A stretch of 64,000 bases of DNA from Okamejei kenojei. Its lineage: Eukaryota. The DNA is taken from the NCBI GenBank assembly GCA_035221665.1, contig CM069147.1:25668001-25732000 (forward strand). Reading direction: 5' to 3'. Both the position numbers and the translations under genes were made by a program. A model generated the notes under the pieces. It saw only the letters and a program-made list of their open reading frames with translations. It did no database searches and had not been told where the DNA came from. Positions 48,607 to 60,719 of the stretch are shown here, piece by piece; positions within the stretch are counted from its first letter, which is position 1, and each line of letters starts with the position of its first letter.

Positions 48607-48928
48607 CGAAGACTTTGATTTCTGGTGCCAGATCCATTCACAATTTCGCTTCCCTGAATTCCCACTCCACAGTAATAGACTCCATCATCATCTGCATGGA
48701 TATTCAATATATGCAAGGAGGCTCCACCTTGTTTAAAACGAACAAATATCTTCCTACTGTCAGAAGCTGTTTGCAGAAAGTTCTGTTCGCCAAGTTTCCA
48801 CCAATAAAATTCCACATGTAGACTATTGTGCGATAGGTCAATAATGCAATAGAGAGTGATATTTGAATGTAAGATCACGTGTTTGCTCGTCGGAGATTGA
48901 TCCACTTGGTAGTGATCTTCAACGGCAA
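48607..48928 (-). CDS. Gene B: Ig V-set exon, germline-joined VJ type (SIRP/NKp30-like), with a +1 frameshift in the G strand
   Basis: ttttcttctgctacag|...cg|gtatgt, 322 nt. VDQSP..ITLYC..FYWWK..ASLHILNIHADDDGVYYCGV..NGSGT; deleting one base at 48624-48625 gives GSGTEIKVF and phase 1. Confidence 0.92.
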
Positions 48929-49096
48929 CTGTAGCAGAAGAAAATCAAATATTATCGCATAACAGACGAGGACAGACACAATTAATCGTACTTTTAAAAG
49001 ATGCGTGAAAGTGGATGTGCGTTCGATATACGGGTGTTGATCACAGAGGGCGTAAGCCAGTAAGAGGATGAAAACAAAAGAAAAATCGCAAAATAC

Positions 49097-49151
49097 CTGC
49101 ATTTATAATCAAGAACGACGATGATAACAGAACCACATCCCGAAAAGGCAT
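49097..49151 (-). CDS. Gene B: leader (signal peptide) exon
   Basis: ATG at 49151, MPFRDVVLLSSSFLIINA plus 1 nt, donor cag|gtattt; phase 1 joins the V exon across a 168-nt intron. Confidence 0.65.
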
Positions 49152-49647
49152 ACTGAACCATGAAAAGCATACGTCCTAGATATTGGAAGTCTGAAATTCG
49201 CTCAGGAATTGCTGAACGCAGCAAGTAAGTAAAGTATGATCTGGATAAAGAGAAATAGAGTTAACTTTTCTGTTCCAAAGACTTGGTCAAATGGAACAGA
49301 TTGCACAATGCATTACCATGTCTCTGCTGTGAAAGAAAAGGTACGCGATTTGACGTGGGCTGAAGGAAATGACGTCCGATACGAAATGACCCAATCGCAG
49401 CTGTTCAGAAATGAGCTTCGGGATAAACTCTGGAAACAATCTGTCGGAAGTGCATGTCATGTTCCGTGATGCAAACACATATTTTCCATCCATCCAGATG
49501 AATCTTGTCTTTGCTGAGTTTACAAATGATCTTCATGCTAATGGCGGCAGTTTATATCCGAACAGAAAATTAATAGTCTTCCACATTTGTAGAAACTGAA
49601 AGAAGTCGGACATCCGAAAATACTAGTAACCAGATTGAAAGTGACGT

Positions 49648-52600
49648 AAATGCGAATAGGAAAACTTTAAATATTTCTGTCAGCCATTAATTGTTTGGAA
49701 TGTGCCACCAACGTCACAAGACGTATATAGTATATAAGATAGATCCATCTTGGGACGCTAACAACCCCTCTCCAAAGTACTATGTCCTATTCTTGACACA
49801 TTAGTCGTAAAATTAAAGGAACTATTAGCAAAAAAAAATGAAAATGCCGTCCTATCGGAGATTCGCAGCATCGTATAACAGTACAACAAGCCTTGGTGTA
49901 GCTGTTCCAGCCTCAACAGCTGTGATCATGTCTTCGCTAAACTCAGTTGCTTGCAAGTCTCGTATCACTCTCTATTTTTATTTTCTTTATACCTGTCGAA
50001 ATGTCTTCTGGACGTTGTAATTGTAATTGTGTTTGCCTTTCCATCATGTTTGAAATAAACGTGCCTCTCCTTCTCTCCCATCTATTACGTATTAAATGTT
50101 CCTATGTGTGGTAATTATAACCCAGTGACTGCCGCATATTCGTCTACGAATACCCTATTCCCAAATATGCCCCATCATTTTAACCTTAAGCGCAAGCGCC
50201 TCGGTCGCTTCTTCGTTGTTGCTAAAACGTGCACCACAAGTCCATTTTTGATGTAACATCTGACATTTGCTGTTCAGAAAGGTGCCGCGATATTTGATAA
50301 ACGGTCCTCGATTCTATGCCTGGTCCAACCGACGTACAGGAGGAATATCGGATGCAGTTGACGAGGTTAGAGGACCTACACGTTTCACTTTACTCCAGTA
50401 CAATGTCTCTTTTTTTAAAATGAAGCAGCATTTGCTTCTCGCCATGGCCGATTCAGCGGAAACGGAACCAGATAACGTTTTACGTCCCACAACTTTCATT
50501 GGACTAGGAAAGAGTGTTACCATCGATGGCGGATAAGTTGGAGGACTAGTACATAGATCAAAAGGAAACAACCCTGAGTAAATATTCCGCTTGCAGGGTT
50601 CTGCATCCTCTGGGCTTGAACATTGAATTTTCTCAATTCTGTTAAACCTTGCTGTCTCCTCCCCTTCCACCTCTCCCTCAGCCCTCGGGCCCTGGCATTC
50701 CCTCTCTCTCTATCTCCCTCACCCTCCCTCCCCCACCCTAGTCGCACTAGCTTCTCATTTTCACACCACAAACAGCTTACAATGGCTTGTTCCCTTTATC
50801 ATCGATACTTTTTTGCATATCTTTCATTCATTGTTCTTTATCTCTCCACATCACCGTCTATATCTCTCGTTTCCCTGATCCCTGACCAGTCTGAAGAAGG
50901 GTCTCGACCCGAAACGTCGCCTATCTCCTTCGCTCCTTAGATGCTGCTGCACCCGCTGAGTTTCTCCAGCCTTTTGTGTACCCTCGATTCTCCAGCATCT
51001 GCAGTTCCTTCTTTAACAACTCTGAGTAAACCCGTTTTTAAGGTTGCGGTTAGCATCAGTTATGCGTCTTTGTCTATGAAGCATGTTGTTCTAATGAAGC
51101 TCTGAGATGTATCCAGCAAGCTATGGCATTCCAAAAAAGAATGAAAAGAGAGGTACTGTGATGAGAGGTAGAAATGGGCATTTATGATACACAAGGAAAT
51201 AAAGTCTCAATTACTTAAGTTGAAGAGGTCTGCAATGTGATTAGATGGTTGGGCGTTCTTATAACAGTTTCATTTGGATTAGGATGGGCAAACAGAATAG
51301 TCAGTGGGAGAGGGACGCAACCGGGTGCTCAGGGTCTCTCTGAAAAGTCATAAAACAATTTAGTTTCTTTTCTCCAATGCAGAGGAGAACGATTTGTGAA
51401 CACCGAATTTTAATGTCAACCCGGAGGAAGTACAAAAAATGCGAAAAGGAAAGCTTTGAATATTTCTGTCTGCCATTAATTGTTTGGAATGTGCCACCAA
51501 CGTCACAAGACGTATTTAGTATATAAGATAGATCCATCTTGGGACGCTACCAACCCCTCTCCAAAATACTATGTCCTATTCTTGACACATTAGTCGTAAA
51601 ATTAAAGGAACTATTAGCACAAAAATGAAAATGCCGTCCTATCGGAGATTCGCAGCATCGTATAACAGTGCAACAAGCCTTGGTGTAGCTGCGCCAGCCA
51701 TGACAGCTGTGATCATGTCTTCGCTAAACTCAGTTGCTTGCAAGTCCCGTATCACACTCTCTATTTTTATTTTCTTTATACCTGACGAAATGTCTTCTGG
51801 ACGTTGTAATTGTAATTGTGTTTGCCTTTCCATCATGTTTGAAATAAACGTGCCTCTCCTTCTCTCCCATCTATTACGCATTAAATGTTCCTATGTGTGG
51901 TAATTATAACCCAGTGACTGCCGCATATTCGTCTACGAATACCCTATTCCCAAATATGCCCCATCATTTTAACCTTAAGCGCAAGCGCCTCGGTCGCTTC
52001 TTCGTTGTTGCTAAAACTGCACCACAAGTCCATTTTTTGATGTAACATCTGACATTTGCTGTTCAGAAAGGTGCCGCGATATTTGATAAACGGTCCTCGA
52101 TTCTATGCCTGGTCCAGCCGACGTACAGGAGGAATATCGGATGCAGTTGACGAGGTTAGAGGACCTACACGTTTCACGTTACTCCAGTACAATGTCTCTT
52201 TTTTTAAAATGAAGCGCATTTGCTTCTCGCCATGGCCGATTCGGCGGGAAACGGAACCAGATAACGTTTTACGTCCCCACAACTTTCATTGGACTAGGAA
52301 AGAGTGTTACCATCGATGGCGGATAAGTTGGAGGACTAGTACATAGATCAAAAGGAAACAAACTCTGAGTAAATATTCCGCTTGCAGGGTTCTGCATCCT
52401 CTGGGCTTGAACATTGAATTTTCTCAATTCTGTTAAACCTTGCTGTCTCCTCCCCTTCCACCTCTCCCTCAGCCCTCGGGCCCTGGCATTCCCTCTCTCT
52501 CTATCTCCCTCCCCCTCCCTCCCCACCCTAGTCGCACTAGCTTCTCATTTTCACACCACAAACAGCTTACAATGGCTTGTTCCCTTTATCATCGATACTT

Positions 52601-52827
52601 TTTTGCATATCTTTCATTCATTGTTCTTTATCTCTCCACATCACCGTCTATATCTCTCGTTTCCTGATCCCTGAACAGTCTGAAGAAGGGTCTCGACCCG
52701 AAACGTCGCCTATCTCCTTCGCTCTTAGATGCTGCTGCACCCGCTGAGTTTCTCCAGCCTTTTGTGTACCATCGATTCTCCAGCATCTGCAGTTCCTTCT
52801 TTAACAACTCTGAGTAAACCCGTTTTT
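49648..52827 (+). repeat. Near-identical tandem duplication (49648-51039 and 51437-52827, offset about 1.79 kb)
   Basis: Collinear copies, each including the same Penelope-derived insert with a CTGAGTAAA-type TSD. Confidence 0.95.
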
Positions 52828-53355
52828 CAAGGGTCCAACTTTGGTCTTAACTAATTTGTTTTCTCTTCACATACCTAAAGAAGCTTTTACAATCCTCCTT
52901 CATATTCTTGGCTAGCTTACCTTGGTACCTCATCTTTTCTCCCGTATTGTCTTTTTAGTTATCTTCTGTTGCTCTTTCAACATTACCCAATCCTCTTGCT
53001 TCCCGCAAATCTTTGCTACGTTGTACTTCTCTTTTATTTTTAATCTGTCACTGACGACCCATGTCAGCCACGGTCGCCCCTTACTCCCTTGGAATCTTTC
53101 TTCCTCATAGGAATGAACAGATCCTGCACCTTCTGTATTATTCCTAGAAATACCTGCCATTTTTCCACTGTCATCCCTGCTAGTGTATCTTTCCAGTCAA
53201 CTTTGGCCAGCTTCTCCCTCATGGCCCCATAGTCCCTTTATTCAACTTCAACACTGACACCTCCGATCTACCCCTCTCCCTCTACAATTGTTGATTAAAC
53301 CTGACCATGTTATGGTCACCACCTCCTAATGGCTCATTACCTTCGAGGTCCTTTA
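52828..53355 (-). mobile_element. CR1 ORF2 internal fragment
   Basis: SDH and GSKGRPWLT region, similar to 16560-17150. Confidence 0.8.
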
Positions 53356-54422
53356 TTCAAAACATTGAAACGAAGAGGAAGACATCTCCGATTTACGAGG
53401 ATTTTGCCAAGACCTTGGATTCACGAAGAAGGCAATGATTTCAAAACACTGAAACGTAGAGGAATACATCCCTAATTTACGAGGATGTTGCTATGACTAG
53501 AGTGTAGGCTATAGGGAGAGGTGTAGGCTATAGGGAGAGGTTGAGCAAGTTGCATTGGCGCAAATCTGGGGACGTGGGGACGACGGCACGGGGGGGACAC
53601 GTTCCTTCCATGTTTTGAGAGATGGGGGACAATCCCACCCCCACCCCCATGTTTTGTGAAACATATATTTTGCAATCAGTTCCATCCGATCGCGCGCTGA
53701 GGAGTCGCGGCCGCATGCATGGTCAGCTTGCTCAGAAAATTATTGAATATTATCCTTTGGTAAAGATAAACGCTCATCCATTCCTCACACAATACACAAA
53801 ATAGATTGCAGCAAAAGCAAAACCACCATGGAATTTTACATTTTTATAAAGCTCTCGGGTTTAATGAGTACTGCAGAAACGATTGGAGTCGTTTATCACT
53901 TCATTGTGAGATAAAAAAACGATGTGGTAAGTCATAGCTCACTGTTATTTCGATGCGTCACGAATCAATACGTCGATACGCATTCCTCAGTAAATATGAT
54001 TGTGTTTTGACCATCTTTGGTTTTGACCTTCAAGTATTACTGACGCGTTCCTTTCAATAAAATTTACGCGAGAATTCCTTGAAACTATCTGATGCGGGTA
54101 TAATTACCATTTGAACATGGCAGACGGAATGTGCTGGAGGAACACAGCGGATGGGGCAGCATCTATGTAGAGAAGGAATAGGCGACGTTTCGAGTCTCGA
54201 CCCTTCTTCATACCCTTTGTGAACTTTGGATGTATCGGTGGATGGGAAAGATTTAAACGGGTATCGGAGGGTTATTAAGGGATCCGGCGGTCGAGCTGGT
54301 GTGCAGGTATAGGCCCTCATTCACCCACGTTATTTAGTAATTTTTACCCATCATTTAGGGATGTTATAGGGATTTAAAACAAATTAATTATGTTTATGTT
54401 TATTTTTGTTAGTTTATCAAAA

Positions 54423-54468
54423 TTTATTTATGCATGTTTTTGTTAGTTTGTGAGAAGTTTATGCATTT

Positions 54469-54503
<35 letters not shown>

Positions 54504-55010
54504 ACTCTCTCTCTGTCTCTCTCCTCCAAGGTTAGTACTTATGTTTGCCTTTATTTGCTTCAGTTTTATTTTGTGTTATTTATCACGTTGCAGCTTTTGA
54601 AAGATTTAAACGGGCATCGGACCGTTCGGACAGCCATTAAGGGCTCCGGACCGCGAGCAAGGGATTCCTGGCGTGCAGGTACGGTCCCTCATTCACCCAC
54701 ATTATTTAGTAATTTTTACCCATCATTTTCTCTAAATTATGGGTAAAAATTACTAAATAACGTGGGTGAATGAGGGACTGTACCTGCACGCCAGGAAGCC
54801 CGTACTCACGGTCAGGACCCTTATGCCCCTGTCCCACATAGGAAAGCTGAACGGAAACCTCTGGAGACCTTGCGTCGCACCCAAGGTTTCCGTGAGGTTC
54901 CCGGAGGTTCCGGTCACTCTCTATGAGTCACCACAGGTTTTGGTCACTTGCCTGGGAAGCCTCAACCGAAGCGTGAGCTGCATCTAATGATCTTTGGTTC
55001 CGACCGCGCG

Positions 55011-55087
<77 letters not shown>

Positions 55088-55900
55088 CGCGAAGATGGGG
55101 GCCAGGGGCAGCGGAGGAGCGTTGCTGCGCGATGAAGAGGAAGGTAAACGGCTACCACAGAGCACGGTAAGTCCTTTAGAGAGCGCGGGAGGGAGGGAGA
55201 GAAGGGGAAAGAAGGGGAGAGAAGGACAGATAAGGGAGAGAGAAGGGGGAGAGAGAAGGGAGAGAGAAGGAGGAGAAGGGAGAGAAGTGGGGAGAAGGGG
55301 GGAGAAGGGGGAGAACGGGGGGGTGAGAAGGAGTGGAGACAGTTTTAAGAAGTTTCATTAAGTTAGCGGATATTTTACCTTCCGACGGATCTTCTAGGTC
55401 CTGAAAACCAAAGATCCGATAGGATCTTTGGTGAAAATTCCAACGAGCCAATCAAAATGGCCGGACAGCGAAGGAGATTGCGTTCGACTGCCAGTAAGTA
55501 AATAGGAACCCCACTCCACTGGCTTCGACCAAACCGCAACCTATTTTTAGTCAAGGCCGTTTAAAAAAAAAGTAATTGCAGGAACATAGAAGAAGGCTCG
55601 ACTACACGGAAACCACTTTCCACCATTAGGGAGAGTGACCGGAACCTTCGGGAACATCACGGAAACCTTAGGTGGGGCGCAAGGTCTCCAGAGGTTTCCG
55701 TTCAGGTTTCCTAAGTGGGACAGGGGCATTAACGATCGTCCGATACTCGCTTAAATCTTTCAAAAGCTACAGCGTGATAAGTAACACTGAATAAAACTGA
55801 AGCAAATAAAGGTAAACATAAGAACTAACTTTGGAAGAGAGAGAGAGACAGAGAAAACAACACAGTGAACTTTTCACAAACTAACAAAAACATAGATAAA
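54423..55900. mobile_element. Large palindromic (foldback) element interrupted by a MITE
   Basis: Arm 54423-54725 is an inverted match of 54735-54823 plus 55732-55900; partial extra copy at 54245-54360. Confidence 0.8.
54824..55728. mobile_element. PIF/Harbinger-type MITE
   Basis: TIR TGCCCCTGTCCCAC...GTGGGACAGGGGCA, TTA TSD (54821-54823, 55729-55731), internal (CG)n(CA)n microsatellite 55005-55085. Confidence 0.88.
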
Positions 55901-56461
55901 GAAACTTTGGATGGGAGGAGATAAATGTGTTAGTTGTCATGCACACTCGTCATCGGGTCGCCAGGCAATTGTATACCCGCCCCCCCTCATGTTTTAAAAG
56001 TGATTTCCGCCCTTAGCAGGTTGAGTAGGCTGGGTCTTCAATGGAGCACAGGACATCTTATAGATGTATACAAAAACATAAGAGGAATAGATCGGGTGAA
56101 TGCACAGAGAGCTATATAGGGCTCTTAGAAAATAGCGGAGTCAGAGGATTTGGGGAGAGGGCAGGAACGGGGTATTGATTTGGGATGATCAGCCATGATC
56201 ACATTGAATGGCGGTGCTGGCTCGAAGGCCAAATGGCCTACTCCTGCAGCTATTGTCGATTGTCTATTGAGTCTTCTGCCCAGAGCAAGGAATCGAGGAC
56301 CAGAGGACTTTTGTTCAAGGTGAAGGGGAAAATATTTAATAGGATTCTGAGGGGTAACTTTTTCACACAAAGGGTGGTGGGTGTATGAAACAAGCTGCCA
56401 GGGGAGGAAGTTGAGGCTGGGAACATCCCATCATTTAAGAAACAGTTAGACAGGTTCATAG

Positions 56462-58030
56462 ATATAACCATATAACAATTACAGCACGTGCCGACCATTT
56501 GTTTTCCCCTAGTCCCATCTACCTGCACTCAGACCATACCCCTCCATTCCCTTCACGTCCATATACCTATCCACTTTACTCTTAAATGTTAAAATCGATC
56601 CTGCCTCCACCACTTCTGCTGGAAGCTCATTCCACACAGCCACCACCCTCTGAGTAAAGAAGTTCCCCCTCACGTTACCCCGAAACTTCTGTCCCTTAAT
56701 TCTCATATCATGCCCTCTTGTTTGAATCTTCCCTACCCTCAATGGGAAAAACGTATCCACGTTAACTCTGTCTATCCCTTTCATCATTTTAAAAACCTCA
56801 ATCAAGTCCCCCTTAACCTTCTGCGCTCCGAAGAATAAAGACCTAACTTGTTCAAACCTTTCTCTGTAACATAGTTGCTGGAACCCTGGCAACAGTCTAG
56901 TAAATCTCCTCTGTACTCTCTCTATTTCGTTGACATCCTTCCTATAACTAGGGCGACCAAAATGTACACCATACTCAGAATTGGTTCTTACCAATGCCTT
57001 GTACAATTTTAACATTACTTCCCTACTCCTATATGCAATGCTCTGATTTATAAAGGCCAGCACACCAAAGGCTTTCTTTACCACCCTTTCTACATGCGAT
57101 TTCCACCTTCAGGGAACTATGCATAGTTATTCCTAGATCTCTCTGTTCCACAGCATTCCTCAATTCCCTACCATTTACCATGTACCTATTTTGATTTGTC
57201 CTGCCAAGATGTAGCACTTCACACTTAACAGCATTAAACTCCATCTGCCATCTTTCAGCCACTTTTCCAAATGGCCCAAATCTCTCTGTAGACTTTGAAA
57301 ATCTACTTCATTATCCACAACACACCACCTATCTTATATCATCTGCATACTTACTTATCCAATTTTCCACCCCATCATCCAGATCATTGATGTACATGAC
57401 AAACAACAGTGGACCCAACACAGATCCCTGAGGCACCCCACTGGTCACACCGGCTTGCAACCTGACAAACAGCCATCCACCATTACTCTCTGACATCTCC
57501 CATTCAGCCACTGTTGAATCCATCTTGCTACTCCGCCATTAACACCCAAAGATTGAACCTTCTAACCAACCTTCCATGGGGAACCTTGTCAAAGGCCTTA
57601 CTGAAAATCCATATAGACAACGTCCATTGCTTTACCTCATCAATTTCCCTAGTTACCGCTTCAAAAAATTCAAGAAGGTTTGTCAAACATGACCTTCGAG
57701 GCACAAATCCAGGTTGACTGTTCCTGATCAGACCCTGTTTATCCAGATGCCTTATATATATTATCTCTAAGTATCCTTCCATTAATTTGCCCACCACTGA
57801 CGTCAAACTAATAGGTCTATAATTGCTAGGTTTATTCTTTGAACCATTTTTAAACAAAGGAACAACATGCGCATATGCCAATCCTCTGGCACTATTCCCG
57901 TTTCTAATGACATTTGAAATATTTCTGTCATAGCTCCTGCTATTTCTACACTAACTTCCCTCAATGTCCTAGGGAATATCCTGTCAGGACCTGGAGACTT
58001 ATCCACTTTTATATTTTTCAAAAGTGTCAG
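56462..58030 (-). mobile_element. Young CR1 LINE (same subfamily as 11791-13650) nested in older CR1 3' fragments (56010-56461, 58031-58155)
   Basis: Near-identical RT sequence with many 1-bp indels; the host fragment resumes at 58031. Confidence 0.93.
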
Positions 58031-58874
58031 GTTTGGAGGGATATGGATCAAGCGCAGGAAATGGGACTAGTGTAGCTGGGACATTGTTGGTCGGTGTGGG
58101 CAAGTTCGGCCGAGAGGCCTGTTTCCACAATGTATCATGCTATGACTCCATGATGGTGGGATCTTATTAACGCTTCTATGAGTTACTTTGCATAACGCTT
58201 TGGATGTGGAGACTGGTGGGGTTGAAAGTAACGATTAGTTCAGGAACTAAATGAGCTTCAAGCAAGGGTTCCATCTACTCTTGTGGGGGAGAAGCCGCAG
58301 GACAGAAAGAATGAGAACCTTTCAGACATACCTGCGTGAATCGTTCCATTGTCAACCAATGTGTCATACTGTAGATTGGGAACTGATGGCATGGAATAGA
58401 AGCACTGCCAATACCGTAACTCGTGACACCCGAGGAGAAATCATGAGATAAGTAGATAGGGTGAATGCACAGAATATTTTCCACGGGATTGAGCAATCAA
58501 GAACTAAATGACATGGTTGTATGCTGAGAGGGGAAATGATTAATAAGAACCCGAATCGGAACTTTGTGTACTGGAGATTATATAGGCATGGATTTAATAT
58601 GGTTAATCTGCAGTGGGTAAATCCGAAAGTGTGATATTGTAGAACTAGTGCTTCAGTGGGAATGTGTGGAGATCCCGGTGGGGACAGGGGACACATCCCC
58701 TCCATGTTTTGATGGGTGGGGGACAATTCCCCCCCCCACCATGTTTTGTAATCCGAGATTTTGAAATTCGGTTTTAAAAAATCTATTAAAAATCTCAGTT
58801 TCCGCGAGACAGTGGAGGTGGAACTGACGATCAAGGGCGCCGATTGGACGAGAGAGACGTCGGTCAGCAGGAAG

Positions 58875-58925
<51 letters not shown>

Positions 58926-60719
58926 GGACGCGGGACATGTCGATTTAGTGCGATGATTGGAGGAGGGAGGTATCGGTCAGAGGCGGAAGTAGGGGGTGGG
59001 GACTGAGGATACAGTTGCGTGTCTGGAGGAGGGAGACGTCCTGGTGGAGCAAAGATCATAGAGGGGAGTTCGAAATTGGCCCATTCGCGGGGCCATTCAT
59101 CTCCCGGCGAGACGCGGCCGCGGGATCTTTCACGCCCCACGGTTAAAATTGCTGGTTCCCGATGTTGAAGCTCCCGCCGGGGGATGGAAAGAGCCCGCGG
59201 CCTTTTGAAGCCGCGCTGGGCGATGAAATGCCCCCGAACGGCCGATTGAAGCCCCATGATTCGGGGCGGACGAAGCTGCTGTTGTCACCAACCAGGTCAT
59301 ATCCCGATCTTACCGCCCACAGGGCCCCGGCGGCCGAAGCCTGCGAATTCTCGCGCGCGTTGTGTGTGGGCGCGTGCGGGCACCAAAAATGGTGCCCCCC
59401 CCCCATGTTTTGACAGCGATTTCCGCCCCTGGGACGAAGGGCTTTCTGTATTTCATTCTGTATTTTGCAATCAAATGAAACCTGTGTGGAAAGATTCATC
59501 ATGGGAGAAAATGCAATCGTTGGAGGTGGGATCCATTGAATAATGCTTCGGGATGGAATCGCATATCAGAGCGGCAATTAAGAGCATGGTTTCCTGCAAA
59601 GCCGAAACGAATATTTATCCTCACTGTATTTACCGATTTACATTGCTGTTGTCATCTTAAATCTCAAACCAGAAATTATATGTTCATTCATATTCTCATT
59701 CTTTATTTGGGAGATAATGAACCGAAAATTCCCCCAACTTTTCCCACACTTTCTGATCGACATCAATACTCGGCATGGCCTCGGTGGAACGAAGGATCTG
59801 TTTCCATTGTGTAATTTGTGATTGAAATCTCTCAAAACGTCCACTACATTAATGGTTTTGATTCTATCTGTTGTACCTCTAAAAATGCGAATAAACCTCA
59901 ATGGCGACCTTGCTTTTATACATCGGCATGGAGTCACACAGTCATACAGCACCGAGTCAGCCCTCTCGTCTCAATTAGAACTCTTGAACACTGAGTACAG
60001 CACAAGGTCAGACCCTGCTTCTCACGATGTCGGCACCGAACACGATGAGCAGTACAATCGCTATCTACCTACACATACTGTAATCCATACAATTCATTTC
60101 CCTGCACATCCATACACATATGCAAAGTCATGAAAATGCCACTATCGTACCTGTCTGGATCGCTACTCCTGCCTCTCAGTTCTTTGAGTCCTGGCAAAAT
60201 TCTCGGAAATATTCTCTGCGCTCTCTCTCTTGTGTGTGTTTTCAACGGCAGAGTGACCAGGCGTTAGCATTTCACGCGTGGCTTGAACAACTGAAACATA
60301 ACTTCCCAACCTCTATATTCGATGTCCTTTTAATTTAAGGCCATCGTGCAAACACATTCCTTGCACCCTAACAACCCGGGACGCACTTTTCAGTGAAGGA
60401 TCTGCTCGGACTTCCGAATACATCCCAAGGGCCCTACGTTAAAACTGTAAAGGTCTTACACAATATTGACATCCCAAATTGCAACACTTTGCACAGCTGA
60501 AATAAACTCCATTACATATTATTTCGCCCACATGCCCAGCTGACCAAAATCTTGCTCTCATCCTGATAACCTTCTGCACACTAAGATGCCACCTCATTTC
60601 GTGACATCTGCAAACTTATTACCAATGCCATAGACATTTTAATCCAAATGGGTGATGTGGACAACAAATAAAAATGTTGCTCCGACTCTTGAGACATCTC
60701 TCTTGCAATAGGCCTCTAA

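Noticed and set aside
45962-48928. Gene B as a rearranging TCR or Ig light-chain locus
   Set aside because: V and the J-like strand share one exon, no RSS is seen, there is no FGxG, and an ITIM-type tail follows.
49180-49650. ETS (GGAAGT) and CRE-like (TGACGT) motifs upstream of gene B
   Set aside because: Plausible for a leukocyte promoter, but too short to support without TSS or chromatin data.
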